From assembly GCA_963845495.1 (NCBI GenBank), contig CAWJTH010000202.1:3239-67238 (forward strand): 64,000 nt of DNA, written 5' to 3'. The notes below the pieces were generated by a model. That model did no database searches. It saw nothing but the letters and a program-made list of their open reading frames with translations, and was not told the DNA's origin. Shown here piece by piece: positions 28,429-39,100 of this stretch. The position numbers and the translations under genes were made by a program. Position 1 is the first letter of the stretch. The number at the start of each line of letters is the position of its first letter. Source of the DNA: an uncultured Chitinophagaceae bacterium (GTDB lineage: Bacteria > Bacteroidota > Bacteroidia > Chitinophagales > Chitinophagaceae).

Positions 28429-28797
28429 AAATAAATATATTTTCGTTAAAAAATTTGAAAAGGTTTGCACTTCTACTATTTAAATGGAAAAGCTTATCAG
28501 ATATTATTTAAATAACAAATAGAAAAATATTTATAAAAAATATTGTGGAATTTAAGGCGTAAAATTGGGTGAAAAACTTTTTTCATTAGTTTGTTAAGTC
28601 ATTATTCTCCAAAATATTGTAAAAGCATGCTTACGTTTTTCAAAGTATTTTATTGGCGCCAAAACATTCCCGTTACATTCCAATTTCCCTATGGTGCTTT
28701 TTTGTATTTTCGCCCACTTACATCCAAACATGCAAATTTATTTTTATGGGCATAAAGTGGATTCACAAGATTATAGAACTATTTAAAAATCAAATCA

Positions 28798-30384
28798 ATG
28801 GATGCGACAGCATTGTCAATTATTTTAGGGGTCGTGGGGGTGGCCGTAGGTATAATTATTGGTAAGGTCATTTTTGCAAAAGATACAAGAAAACAGGTGG
28901 AGGAAGCGGAAAAAAAATTGCAAGACGCCGAACACCAAGCGCAACGCATTAATGCAGACGCCATAAGCAAAGCGGAAAGCTTAAAAAGGGAAAAGTTGTT
29001 GGAGGCAAAGGAAAAATTTGTCCAGATGCAGGCCGATCACGACAAACAAGTAAATGAACGCAACCGCAAAATTGCTGAATCGGAAGCTAAGGCACGAAGT
29101 TTAGAGCAAAGTATGGTTGCAAAAAACACCAACCTCGACAAACAAATAAAAGAAAATGAGGCGATTAAAGAAACGCTGAACAAACAAGTAGAAGTAGTAA
29201 ACCAAAAACGTAGCGAATTAGAAAAACATCAAGAAGAACATATTCGCCGGTTGGAAAAAATTGCGGGTTTAACTTCTGACGAAGCAAAAGCGCAATTGGT
29301 GGAAACACTTACCGCGGGTGCACATGCGCAAGCTTTGGGCATGCAACAAGAAATTATTGACAATGCCAAACAAACAGCTAACAAAGAAGCACGCAAAATA
29401 ATCATTCAAACCATCCAGCGTACTGCTTCTGAGCAGGCTATTGAAAATGCCATCACCGTTTTTCAATTGGAAAGCGATGAGATAAAAGGACAAATTATTG
29501 GCCGGGAAGGTCGTAACATCCGTGCTTTGGAAGCCGCAACCGGTGTTGATTTAATTGTGGATGATACACCTGAGGCTATCGTACTTTCCTCTTTCGATCC
29601 CCTTCGCCGTGAAATTGCCCGACTTAGCTTGCAGCGTTTGGTAAGCGATGGCCGCATCCATCCAGCCCGTATCGAAGAAGTGGTTGAAAAAACACGCCGC
29701 CAAATTGAAGACCAAATTTTAGAGATTGGTGAGCGTACAGTAATAGAATTGGGTATCCATGGTTTACATAAAGATTTGGTACGCATCGTTGGTAAAATGC
29801 GTTTTCGCAGTTCTTATGGCCAAAACTTGTTGATGCACAGCCGCGAGGTAGCCAACATGTGCGGCATTATGGCCAGTGAAATGGGTTTAAACCCTAAATT
29901 AGCCAAACGTGCGGGTTTATTGCACGATATTGGTAAAGTACCGGATGAGGAAACAGAATTGAGCCATGCATTGTTGGGCGCAAAATTGGCAGAAAAATAT
30001 GGTGAACACCCAAGCGTGGTAAATGCCATTGGTGCCCACCACGATGAAATGGAAATGCAATATGTTATTAGCCCAATCGTTCAGGCTTGCGATAGTATCA
30101 GCGGCGCAAGGCCAGGTGCACGCAGGGAAATAATGCAACAATATCTGCAGCGGATTAAAGACTTGGAATCCTTAGCTATGGGCTATCCCGGTGTTGAAAA
30201 ATCTTACGCCATCCAAGCCGGCCGTGAACTTCGGGTGATTGTGGAAGCCGACAAGGTAACGGATGGCGACAGCGATAAACTAAGCTTCGAAATTGCCCAA
30301 AAAATCCAGACAGAAATGACATATCCGGGTCAAATAAAAGTGACCGTTATCCGCGAAAAAAGAGCGGTAAACGTGGCGAGATAA
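28798..30384 (+). CDS. rny: ribonuclease Y
   Basis: 528 aa. It has an N-terminal TM helix, a long coiled-coil, a KH domain ([13 protein letters not shown]) and an HD domain (LLHDIGK...GAHHDE). Confidence 0.93.
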   Translation: MDATALSIILGVVGVAVGIIIGKVIFAKDTRKQVEEAEKKLQDAEHQAQRINADAISKAESLKREKLLEAKEKFVQMQADHDKQVNERNRKIAESEAKARSLEQSMVAKNTNLDKQIKENEAIKETLNKQVEVVNQKRSELEKHQEEHIRRLEKIAGLTSDEAKAQLVETLTAGAHAQALGMQQEIIDNAKQTANKEARKIIIQTIQRTASEQAIENAITVFQLESDEIKGQIIGREGRNIRALEAATGVDLIVDDTPEAIVLSSFDPLRREIARLSLQRLVSDGRIHPARIEEVVEKTRRQIEDQILEIGERTVIELGIHGLHKDLVRIVGKMRFRSSYGQNLLMHSREVANMCGIMASEMGLNPKLAKRAGLLHDIGKVPDEETELSHALLGAKLAEKYGEHPSVVNAIGAHHDEMEMQYVISPIVQACDSISGARPGARREIMQQYLQRIKDLESLAMGYPGVEKSYAIQAGRELRVIVEADKVTDGDSDKLSFEIAQKIQTEMTYPGQIKVTVIREKRAVNVAR

Positions 30385-30420
30385 ATTATTGAGACAATTT
30401 TATCTACCTATTTTAAAATA

Positions 30421-30452
30421 AAAAGCGACCGATTGCCGGTCGCTTTTATTTT
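30421..30452 (+). terminator. rho-independent terminator of rny
   Basis: gcgaccg attgc cggtcgc stem (30425-30443) flanked by an A-run and a ttttatttt tail. Confidence 0.8.
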
Positions 30453-30485
30453 GTAATTAATGCCTGTTCAGATTTAAACAAATAA

Positions 30486-30510
30486 AAAACCAGCCACAAA
30501 GACTGGTTTC
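30486..30510 (-). terminator. rho-independent terminator of typA
   Basis: On the minus strand this reads aaccag tctttgtgg ctggtt followed by ttttatt. It lies 65 nt downstream of the typA stop. Confidence 0.65.
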
Positions 30511-30574
30511 TATTAATAATCTGACGAATTCTACATTTTGAACATACTCACGACTGACGATTCACGCCTCATGA

Positions 30575-32382
30575 TTATGCCATTGCACCAACTGATTTAG
30601 ATTCCCTTTTGCGGGTTTCTTCATCCAAGTTGTTTTTGCGTAGGCGGATTGCTTTAGGCGTTACTTCGATGCACTCATCACCTTGGATATACTCCATACA
30701 TTCTTCCAAAGTCATTTGGATTTTAGGCGTAATGCGAACGCTATCATCGCTACCGCTTGCACGGTGGTTAGTTAGTTTTTTAGGTTCAGTAGCATTTACT
30801 ACCAAATCGCCTGGTTTAATATGTTCGGCTATAATTTGGCCGGTGTAAACTTCTTCACCAGGTTCAATAAAGAAAGAACCGCGGTCTTGTAATTTATCGA
30901 TTGAATATGCAGTTGTGGTTGCGCCATTCTTGGAGATTAACACACCGTTGCTACGGCCAGGAATTGGGCCTTTCCAAGGTTTGTATTCGTTAAAACGGTG
31001 CGCCATTACAGCTTCGCCGGCAGTGTTGGTAAGCATTTGCGAACGCATACCAATCAATCCACGTGAAGGGATTTCAAATTCCAGATGTTGCATTTCGCCT
31101 TTGCTTTCCATTACCAACATTTCGCCTTTGCGTTGCGTAGCAAGGTCAATAGCTTTTCCGCTGAATTCGGCAGGAACATCGATTACCAATGTTTCATAAG
31201 GCTCGCATTTTTTACCGTCGATTACTTTTATAATAACCTGCGGTTGGCCAACGGTCAATTCAAAACCTTCGCGACGCATGGTTTCAACCAAAACGCCCAG
31301 GTGCAAAATACCACGTCCAAATACCAAGAAGCTATCAGCGCTATCCGTATCTTCAACACGCATAGCTAGGTTCTTTTCAGTTTCCTTCATCAAACGGTCA
31401 CGCAAGTGGCGGCTGGTAACAAACTTACCTTCCTTACCAAAAAATGGTGAGTTGTTGATGCTGAACAGCATATTCATGGTTGGTTCATCAACGTGTGTAA
31501 TTGGCAAAGCTTCAGGATTTTCAAAATCGGCAATGGTATCGCCAATATCAAAACCTTCCAATCCAACAACAGCGCAAATATCACCGCCAAAACTTCGGTA
31601 GCTTTCTTTTTGCCCATACCCTCAAAAGTATATAGTTCTTTTATTTTGATCCTTTTTATTTTGCCGTCGGCCTGCATCAAAGCAACTGTTTGGCCTTCTT
31701 TAATTGAACCGCGGGTAATCCTTCCCACGGCAATACGGCCAAGGAAAGAAGAATAGTCCAAAGAGGTAATTTGCAATTGCAAGTTTCCTTCAGGCACCAC
31801 ATATTCAGGCACGTATTTCAAAATACCATCCATTAACGGAGTAATATCTTCGGAAGGCGTTAGGCTATCGTTAAACCAACCGTTTTTGCCGCTACCATAA
31901 AAAGTGGGGAAATTTAATTGTTCCTCGGTAGCATCCAAGTTGAAGAACAATTCAAAAACCGCGTCGTGTACTTCATCGGGGCGGCAGTTCGGCTTGTCTA
32001 CTTTATTGATGATTACGATTGGTTTTAAGTTCAATTGCAAAGCTTTTTGCAACACAAAACGGGTTTGTGGCATTGGTCCTTCAAAAGCATCTACCAACAA
32101 TAAAACGCCGTCGGCCATTTTCAAAACCCTTTCTACCTCGCCGCCAAAGTCACTGTGACCTGGGGTATCTATTACATTGATTTTGAAGCCTTTATATTCA
32201 ACCGAAATATTTTTGCTGAGAATGGTAATACCACGTTCCCTTTCAAGATCGTTGTTGTCCATAATCAACTCACCGGTTTCCTGGTTGTCACGAAATACCT
32301 TCGTGGCATGTAAAATTTTATCTACCAATGTTGTTTTGCCATGGTCAACGTGAGCGATAATGGCGATGTTGCGAATATTCAT
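30575..32382 (-). pseudogene. typA: translational GTPase TypA/BipA interrupted by an apparent 1-nt deletion (or a sequencing error)
   Basis: Track ORF 31474-32382 holds the GTPase domain (AHVDHGKTT, DTPGH, NKVD). ORF 30575-31561 holds the C-terminal domains. Re-reading around 31580-31600 gives ...KKKATEVLA then, one frame over, GDICAVVGLEGFDIGDTIADFENP. The total of 1808 nt equals 3n-1. Confidence 0.88.
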
Positions 32383-32524
32383 AAATTGTACTTTTTACCT
32401 TTTGCCTATACAAAAACACCCAAGTATTGGGATAGGTTTGCAGCAAAAGGCATGGAATTGTTTTTTGAGGCTGCAAAGGTAAGGATTTATAGCGGGATGG
32501 CCTTGTGAAATTTAGGTGAACTGA

Positions 32525-33709
32525 TTAGTGAAAATAATAAGGCAAATAATAAGGACTGGCGGCAAACATTTTGGGACTGGGCGGCAATTGATAAACACGT
32601 GGTTGATAACCATTTATAATATAACTATGGCGGTAGAAATCTTTACTCCAAAATGCGCCTTGCTTAGAATATAGCGCTATTTTACCCGGCTCCATTTCAT
32701 CGGGCAGAACATTAGAAAGGGAAGGTGACAATACTTTTATGGCGGCAATATCCGATAATTTAAGGTTGCCTAAATCCAATATGTTGGTTGGTTTTTCATC
32801 TACAAAAAAAACAAATTTATAACCTCTGGCATGCGCAGTGGGTATTTGTTTAATGTCAGCTACTTCATCCATTTTAAAACCAGTAAAATATTTTGCCAAA
32901 AAAGCTTCTAAACTCACCGATTTCACTAGTTCTGAATCGCCCAAGCAATCAAACGATTGCATGGCATTTTTATAAGCATTAGATACATAAATGCTATCAA
33001 ACTTTTTTGCGGCAGACATATTACCAAGCATAGTTGTTTGATAAAATGGGTCAAAATATGCTATCCAATTATCGATTTTTTTATTTTTCATGATAGTATC
33101 TTCACCCATGCCAATTGTAATCTCTTTTGAAATGGCAGCAGCAGGCTCAAAAGCTGAATCTAACAAGACTTCAACAGAAATGGCAGGTACAATCTTCTCT
33201 TTTATAGGAACATTTAAACGTAAGATGGCAGAATTTTCAAAATAAAGTGGGCTGATCTTAAATTCACCGTTTTCAACTGGTAACACAAATTCTTTGGAAC
33301 CAACAGATAGTGAGTATATTGTAGCATTTAAGGTTTTGATATTCGGCGGATATAAAATGCGGCCGTTTATCTGAAAAAACCGCGGTTCTACGGCAAAGTA
33401 TAGTGTATAATCCCCAGTTGGCATGCTTGATGGTAAAACAAGTTTTGCTTTTGTATAACCATCAATCATTGGCCAGCGCATCTGCCAAATGCCATCGCCA
33501 TTGTTCTCTTTCATCACCAATGCCAAGGTTGCCGGTGGTAAGTTTTTTTCACCAAGTGTGTAAGTACCAATAAAGCTTAATGTATCTTTCGCCTGAAAAC
33601 GGTCGTTATTGAGCAGTATTTTCAATTTTGCTTTTTGGGCATTTGTAACTTGTAAGCAAAACAACGATAATGCAATGGAAAGATAGGAGAGGAAATGAAT
33701 TCGCTTCAT
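32525..33709 (-). CDS. secreted hypothetical protein, tandem paralog 1
   Basis: Likely start MKRIHFLSYLSIALSLFCLQVTNAQ (a signal peptide). It is collinear with the upstream paralog. No recognised family. Confidence 0.6.
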   Translation of the reverse strand: MKRIHFLSYLSIALSLFCLQVTNAQKAKLKILLNNDRFQAKDTLSFIGTYTLGEKNLPPATLALVMKENNGDGIWQMRWPMIDGYTKAKLVLPSSMPTGDYTLYFAVEPRFFQINGRILYPPNIKTLNATIYSLSVGSKEFVLPVENGEFKISPLYFENSAILRLNVPIKEKIVPAISVEVLLDSAFEPAAAISKEITIGMGEDTIMKNKKIDNWIAYFDPFYQTTMLGNMSAAKKFDSIYVSNAYKNAMQSFDCLGDSELVKSVSLEAFLAKYFTGFKMDEVADIKQIPTAHARGYKFVFFVDEKPTNILDLGNLKLSDIAAIKVLSPSLSNVLPDEMEPGKIALYSKQGAFWSKDFYRHSYIINGYQPRVYQLPPSPKMFAASPYYLPYYFH

Positions 33710-33780
33710 TAGTAACAAGCAATTTTTTAGGTAGGCCAATGAACTGGAAAATTAATTCGGGAAGATGGTCGTTTAGTAAA

Positions 33781-34950
33781 TCAATACAAATAATAGGGAC
33801 TACTGGCAAACATTTTTGGACTTGACGGAAGCTGGTAAACCGGTGGTTGGTAACCGTTTATAATGTATTTGTAACGATAATAGTCCTGTCCCCAAAACGG
33901 ACCCTTTTTTGTAAAGAGGGCAATAATGCAACTTGCTATTTTGGATGGAGCGGTAACCGAAGCAATTGGCGGCAATATTTTTATGGTGGCAATATCAGAC
34001 AATTTAATATTGCCTAAAGTTGAAAAAGTTGCTTGGTTTCCATCTAGGTAAAAGATAAAGTCGTACCCTTTTGAATGTGCTGTAGGAACTTGTTCTTCGT
34101 CATAAGCTGGGTTCATTTTAAATCCGGGATAATGTTTGGTTAAAAAAGCTTCCAGGCTGCTCGATTTCATCAATGCCGAATCTCCAAGACAATCAAATTT
34201 TTGAAGTGTGTTTTTAAATGATGTTGGCACATAAATACTGTCGAATTTTTGCGCCGCAGGCAAGTTGCCCAATATAGTTGCTTGGTAAAATGGATCAAAA
34301 TAAGCCATCCAATTATCTACCTTTTTGTTTTCCATGATGCTTTGTTGACCCATACCGATGGTTATTTCCTTTGAAATGGCCGCTGCAGGTTCAAATGCTG
34401 AATCGAGCCAAGCTTCAATGGCAATAGCCGGCAATTTTTTCTTTTGCTCATCAATATCCAATTCTAGAACGGCTGTATTTTCAAACAAAAACTTATCTAT
34501 TTTAAACCTGTCGTTCTCAACAGAGATGTCTAGTTCTTTAAGTTTAGTAAACGGTGAATAAATAGTTCCGGTTAATTTTTTAACGCCTGGGGGATATAAA
34601 ACCTGGCCGTTAACTTGAAAAAAACGTGCCTGTACGGCAAAATATAAGGTATAATTACCCCGCTTTATGTCTGGCGGAAAAATTAGCGACCCTTCCGCAT
34701 GACCATTAAGCATAGGCCACCGCATCTGCCAAATACCATCCCCGTTATTTTCCTTCATTACCAAGGCTAACGTTGCCGGCGGCAATTTTTTCTCGCCCAA
34801 TAAATATGTAGCCACAAAATCCAGGGTATCGTTCAGTTTCAAACGGTCGTTGCTAATTTGTATGACCAGTCTAGATTTTTGGGCACTTGCCGTAGCGTAA
34901 AAAATAAGTAAGAATAAGGCAAGATTAATATATGGGAAGCGGAAATGCAT
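33781..34950 (-). CDS. secreted hypothetical protein, tandem paralog 2
   Basis: Likely start MHFRFPYINLALFLLIFYATASAQ. It shares blocks such as KLPPATLALVMKENNGDGIWQMRWPM and LDSAFEPAAAISKEITIGMG with paralog 1. Confidence 0.6.
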   Translation of the reverse strand: MHFRFPYINLALFLLIFYATASAQKSRLVIQISNDRLKLNDTLDFVATYLLGEKKLPPATLALVMKENNGDGIWQMRWPMLNGHAEGSLIFPPDIKRGNYTLYFAVQARFFQVNGQVLYPPGVKKLTGTIYSPFTKLKELDISVENDRFKIDKFLFENTAVLELDIDEQKKKLPAIAIEAWLDSAFEPAAAISKEITIGMGQQSIMENKKVDNWMAYFDPFYQATILGNLPAAQKFDSIYVPTSFKNTLQKFDCLGDSALMKSSSLEAFLTKHYPGFKMNPAYDEEQVPTAHSKGYDFIFYLDGNQATFSTLGNIKLSDIATIKILPPIASVTAPSKIASCIIALFTKKGPFWGQDYYRYKYIINGYQPPVYQLPSSPKMFASSPYYLY

Positions 34951-35200
34951 TGAAAATGATTTGGTAAGGTGTAAGCGAATTTGCGACAAAAAGCAATTTT
35001 AACCAAAGATGATGTGTAAAGATTTGACATACAATTTTTGAAGAATGGCAAACAACCACATTTCTTTTTTTTGATTACACGAAATAACAATATTGTAAAA
35101 AAACAAATGGAAGCGAAAAGTATTTAAATAATTAGCAATATTAGAACAAGGTTTTTGCCTATTTTTATGGTTCATCCGTTCCTAAACAAAAACAAATCAT

Positions 35201-35350
35201 ATGTCGTTATTAAACAATCATTTAAAAGGGAAAGATAAAAAAAAGGCAACAGGTAAACCAGGGTTTGCCGCCAATCCTAAAGTAAAAGTAAATACCAAAG
35301 CGGCGCATGCGGCACCAAAACAAACAGGCGGCTCGCAACGTGGATCGTAA
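35201..35350 (+). CDS. 49-aa lysine-rich small protein (below the ORF-track cutoff)
   Basis: Manual translation gives MSLLNNHLKGKDKKKATGKPGFAANPKVKVNTKAAHAAPKQTGGSQRGS. It is followed 14 nt later by a strong terminator, and no larger ORF competes in this 480-bp gap. Confidence 0.5.
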   Translation: MSLLNNHLKGKDKKKATGKPGFAANPKVKVNTKAAHAAPKQTGGSQRGS

Positions 35351-35363
35351 AATTGAATTATTA

Positions 35364-35398
35364 AAAAACTGCAAACCCTAAAAGTTTGCAGTTTTTTT
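35364..35398 (+). terminator. rho-independent terminator
   Basis: aaactgcaaac cctaaaa gtttgcagttt is an 11-bp stem followed by a T-run (tttttt). Confidence 0.85.
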
Positions 35399-35483
35399 GG
35401 AAATGCTTTTCGGCTAACTTATATATTATTTTTGGTATAACAACAGTGGCAGAGAAAGAATAGCGATAGTTGGTAAAAAAGAT

Positions 35484-35875
35484 TCACCAAGACTCTACTA
35501 ATAATTTTTCTATTTCGGTAAAATGATTATCGTTAGTTGCAAATATAGTATCATGTTCAAGTGCAACAGCTGCAATCCCAATATCGTTTTCTGGGATCAT
35601 TTTACCCTTTGTTTTCAAGTCTGCTTTTATCTTTCCATAAACATTAGCAGTCGTCTCATTAATATAGGTAATGGAACATTGGCTCAAAAAATCTAAAATC
35701 TTCTGTTTGTTTTTGGCCTGTGGTGTAGAGTTGTACGCACCATAAAATAATTCCCCAACTACAATGGATGAAACATAGGTTGTTAGGAAAGAATCAAGTT
35801 TTCGGCTATTGAAATATTACCATTCAACAAATGAATAACTATATTGGTATCTAAAAAGCGGCTACCAGTTTTCAT
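35484..35875 (-). pseudogene. vapC: PIN-domain VapC toxin with a frameshift
   Basis: From the ATG at 35875 the reading is MKTGSRFLDTNIVIHLLNGNISIAENLILS*. One frame over it continues KLDSFLTTYVSSIVVGELFYGAYNSTPQAKNKQKILDFLSQCSITYINETTANVYGKIKADLKTKGKMIPENDIGIAAVALEHDTIFATNDNHFTEIEKLLVESW. The 392 nt equal 3n-1. The shift fits a missing A in the gccgaaaac run (plus-strand T-run 35799-35802). Confidence 0.75.
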
Positions 35876-36095
35876 TATCAATCTTTTCACATCCATCTTC
35901 AATTGCGTCAATCATTTCCTTTGCATCTTCTTGAGAAATTATTCCCACAAAATCTCTAAAACTCCTTTTATTAGTCATTGTAGAAGTTTTGGAATACAAT
36001 AAATTCCCCAATTGAAACATTGTTTGTTCGTCTTCCAATTGGAGGTATTCTTGAATAAATTTTATTTTTCGCGACGGAACATCAATGGTATTCAT
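35862..36095 (-). CDS. putative antitoxin of the decayed VapC locus
   Basis: 77-aa ORF whose last 14 nt overlap the vapC ATG. Confidence 0.55.
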   Translation of the reverse strand: MNTIDVPSRKIKFIQEYLQLEDEQTMFQLGNLLYSKTSTMTNKRSFRDFVGIISQEDAKEMIDAIEDGCEKIDNENW

Positions 36096-36140
36096 AACAT
36101 TTTGTTTAAAAGCGAATTTACCACTTTTCTTTAAAATCTT

Positions 36141-39100
36141 TTATCCTTCCAATTCCATCTTCAAAAACCTTGCGGTATGACTTACTTTATTGTTAATCAT
36201 TTCTTCCGGCGTTCCTTCAAATAAAATTTCGCCGCCACCATCGCCGCCTTCCAAGCCAAGGTCAATAATATGATCAGCAACTTTTATCACATCCATATTG
36301 TGTTCAATAACCAAAACAGAATTGCCGCGATCAACCAACTTATTTACCACTTCTAATAAATGTTGGATGTCCTGAAAATGTAATCCTGTTGTTGGTTCGT
36401 CTAAAATATAAAACGTTTTGCCGGTGTCTTTTTTACCTAATTCTGTACTCAATTTCACACGCTGTGCTTCGCCACCACTAAGTGTCACGGAACTTTGGCC
36501 AAGGGTAATGTAGCCCAAACCAACATCTTGCAGCACCTTTATTTTTCTGTACATCCAAGGTATGGCCTGAAAAAATTCCACGGCATCGTCCACCGTCATG
36601 TCCAACACATCGCTGATGCTTTTGCCTTTGTAGCGTATTTCCAGCGTTTCGCGGTTGTAGCGTTTGCCTTGGCATTTTTCGCACGGCACGTAAACATCAG
36701 GCAAAAAATTCATTTCAATTACCCGCATGCCGCCGCCTTCGCATACATCGCAACGGCCGCCTTTTACGTTAAAAGAAAAACGGCCAGGCAAATAACCCCT
36801 AATTTTTGCTTCAGGAACGGAAGCGAATAATTGCCTTATCTCTGTAAAAAATCCACAATAAGTAGCTGGATTACTGCGTGGTGTGCGGCCAATCGGGCTT
36901 TGGTCAATCTCAATTACTTTATCAATAAAATCCAAGCCTTTGATGCGCTTGTAAGGCATTGCCACCATTTTGCTAGCCAAAAAACTATGGCGACTTAAAA
37001 TGGGATAAAGTGTTTCGTTTATTAATGTTGACTTGCCGCTGCCGCTTACGCCAGTTACCACAATCAATTGCCCTAAAGGAAATTTTACCGAAACATTTTT
37101 AAGCGTATTTCCCGTGGCACCTTGCAATTCTAAAAATTTGCCATTGCCTTTGCGGCGTTCTTTGGGTATTTCAATTTTCTTTTCGCCATTTAAATATTGG
37201 GCGGTTTCACTATGCGTAGCCAACACTTCGGCGGGTGTTCCCATGGCTACAATATTGCCGCCATGGCGGCCGGCTTTGGGGCCGATATCCACCAAAAAAT
37301 CAGACGCCATCATGATGTCTTTGTCGTGTTCCACCACTAAAACACTATTGCCGATGTCGCGTAAATGGCGCAACGCATCAATCAACCGCTGGTTGTCGCG
37401 TTGGTGCAAACCAATGGAAGGTTCATCTAAAATATAGGTGATGCCCTGCAGTTGTGAACCAATTTGTGTAGCCAAGCGAATCCGCTGGCTTTCGCCACCA
37501 CTCAGTGTTTTAGAAGAACGGTCGATGGTGAGATAATTCAACCCAACATCCAACAAAAATTGTAGGCGTTCCCTAATTTCCTTCAATACATCTTTCGAAA
37601 TCAGTAATTGTTTTTTGCTGATACGATCCTCGATGCCATCGAACCAACGCATTAGTTTATCAAGGTTTAGGTGGCTGAGTTCCGCAATATTTTTTCCATC
37701 TACCATAAAATAAAGGCTTTCTTTTTTAAGCCTTGCGCCTTGGCACGATGGGCAAGTTTGCAAAGACATAAAACCCTCAGCCCAATCGCGGATGGCATCG
37801 CTGTTGCTGCCATTGAACCAGCGTTTTACCATATTTATCACACCCTCAAACTCGTCAGTCGTGAATCGTGAGTCGTGAGTTGGGCCGCTGCTATCTGGTG
37901 AATTGCTTACCACTGACGCCTCACCACTTACCAAATCCCCCATCATTTCCAAATCATTTTCATCCGGCGTTTCTTTACCGTAAAAAATAATATTTTTTTG
38001 CGCTTCCGTTAATTCGCTAATTGGTTTTGAAAGGTTGAATTTATTTTTTCTAGCCAATGCTTCTACTTGCTTAAAAATCCAAGCTTCGCGTTTTTCGCCC
38101 AGCGGCGCAATGCCACCGTCGTTTATGCTAACAGATGGATCGGGGATAACCGACGCCATATCAATTTGGTAAACTGTTCCTAAGCCTTTACAAACTGGGC
38201 AAGCACCATAAGGGCTGTTAAATGAAAACGAATTGGGCGAAGGCTCGTCGTAACTGATGCCGGTGTCTTCGCACATTAAGGCTTTGGAATATTGAACCAG
38301 CAAAGACGACGGACGATTGACGACGGACGACTTGCCACCCGTGGTCTTTCGTCCGTCGTCAATCGTCGGTTCTACCTGGATCTGCATGATATCCTTTCCC
38401 AACTTTAACGCTTGTTGCACGCTCTGGCTTAAGCGCAGCTTCATATCTGGCGTTGCGGGCAGGCGGTCAACCACCAATTCAATGTCGTGAATTTTATATC
38501 GGTCGACCTGCATTTTAGGCACCAAGTCTTTAATTTCACCATCAATCCGCACTTTTAAATAACCTTTTTTGCGTAGGTCTTCAAATAGTTCGCGGTAGTG
38601 GCCTTTTCTGCCCCTAATTATAGGTGCTAAAATGGATAATTTGCCATTTGCAAAGCGGCTGAAAATATTTTCGACGATTTCTTCTTCGCTCCATTTTACC
38701 ATTTTTTTACCTGTATTGTAACTTATGGCATCGCTGCCACGAGCGTACAACAAACGCATAAAATCGTAAATTTCGGTGATGGTGCCAACGGTGCTACGCG
38801 GATTTTTATTGGTGGTTTTTTGTTCGATGGAAATAACAGGCGAAAGGCCGGTTATTTTATCTACATCGGGCCGTTCCATATCGCCCATAAATTGGCGGGC
38901 ATAAGCGCTGAAGCTTTCCATGTAGCGGCGCTGGCCTTCGTTGTAAATGGTATCGAAAGCCAAAGATGATTTACCGCTTCCGCTAACACCTGTAAAAACC
39001 ACCAGTTTATTTTTGGGTATGGAAATGTCGATGTTTTTGAGGTTGTGTTCGCGGGCACCAAAAACTTCGATCACCTCACCCTCCGGCTCCCTCTCCACAA

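Noticed and set aside
31575-31600. Programmed ribosomal frameshift in typA
   Set aside because: There is no slippery X XXY YYZ motif, no internal Shine-Dalgarno-like stimulator and no downstream pseudoknot evident. A simple homopolymer-length error or mutation is more economical.
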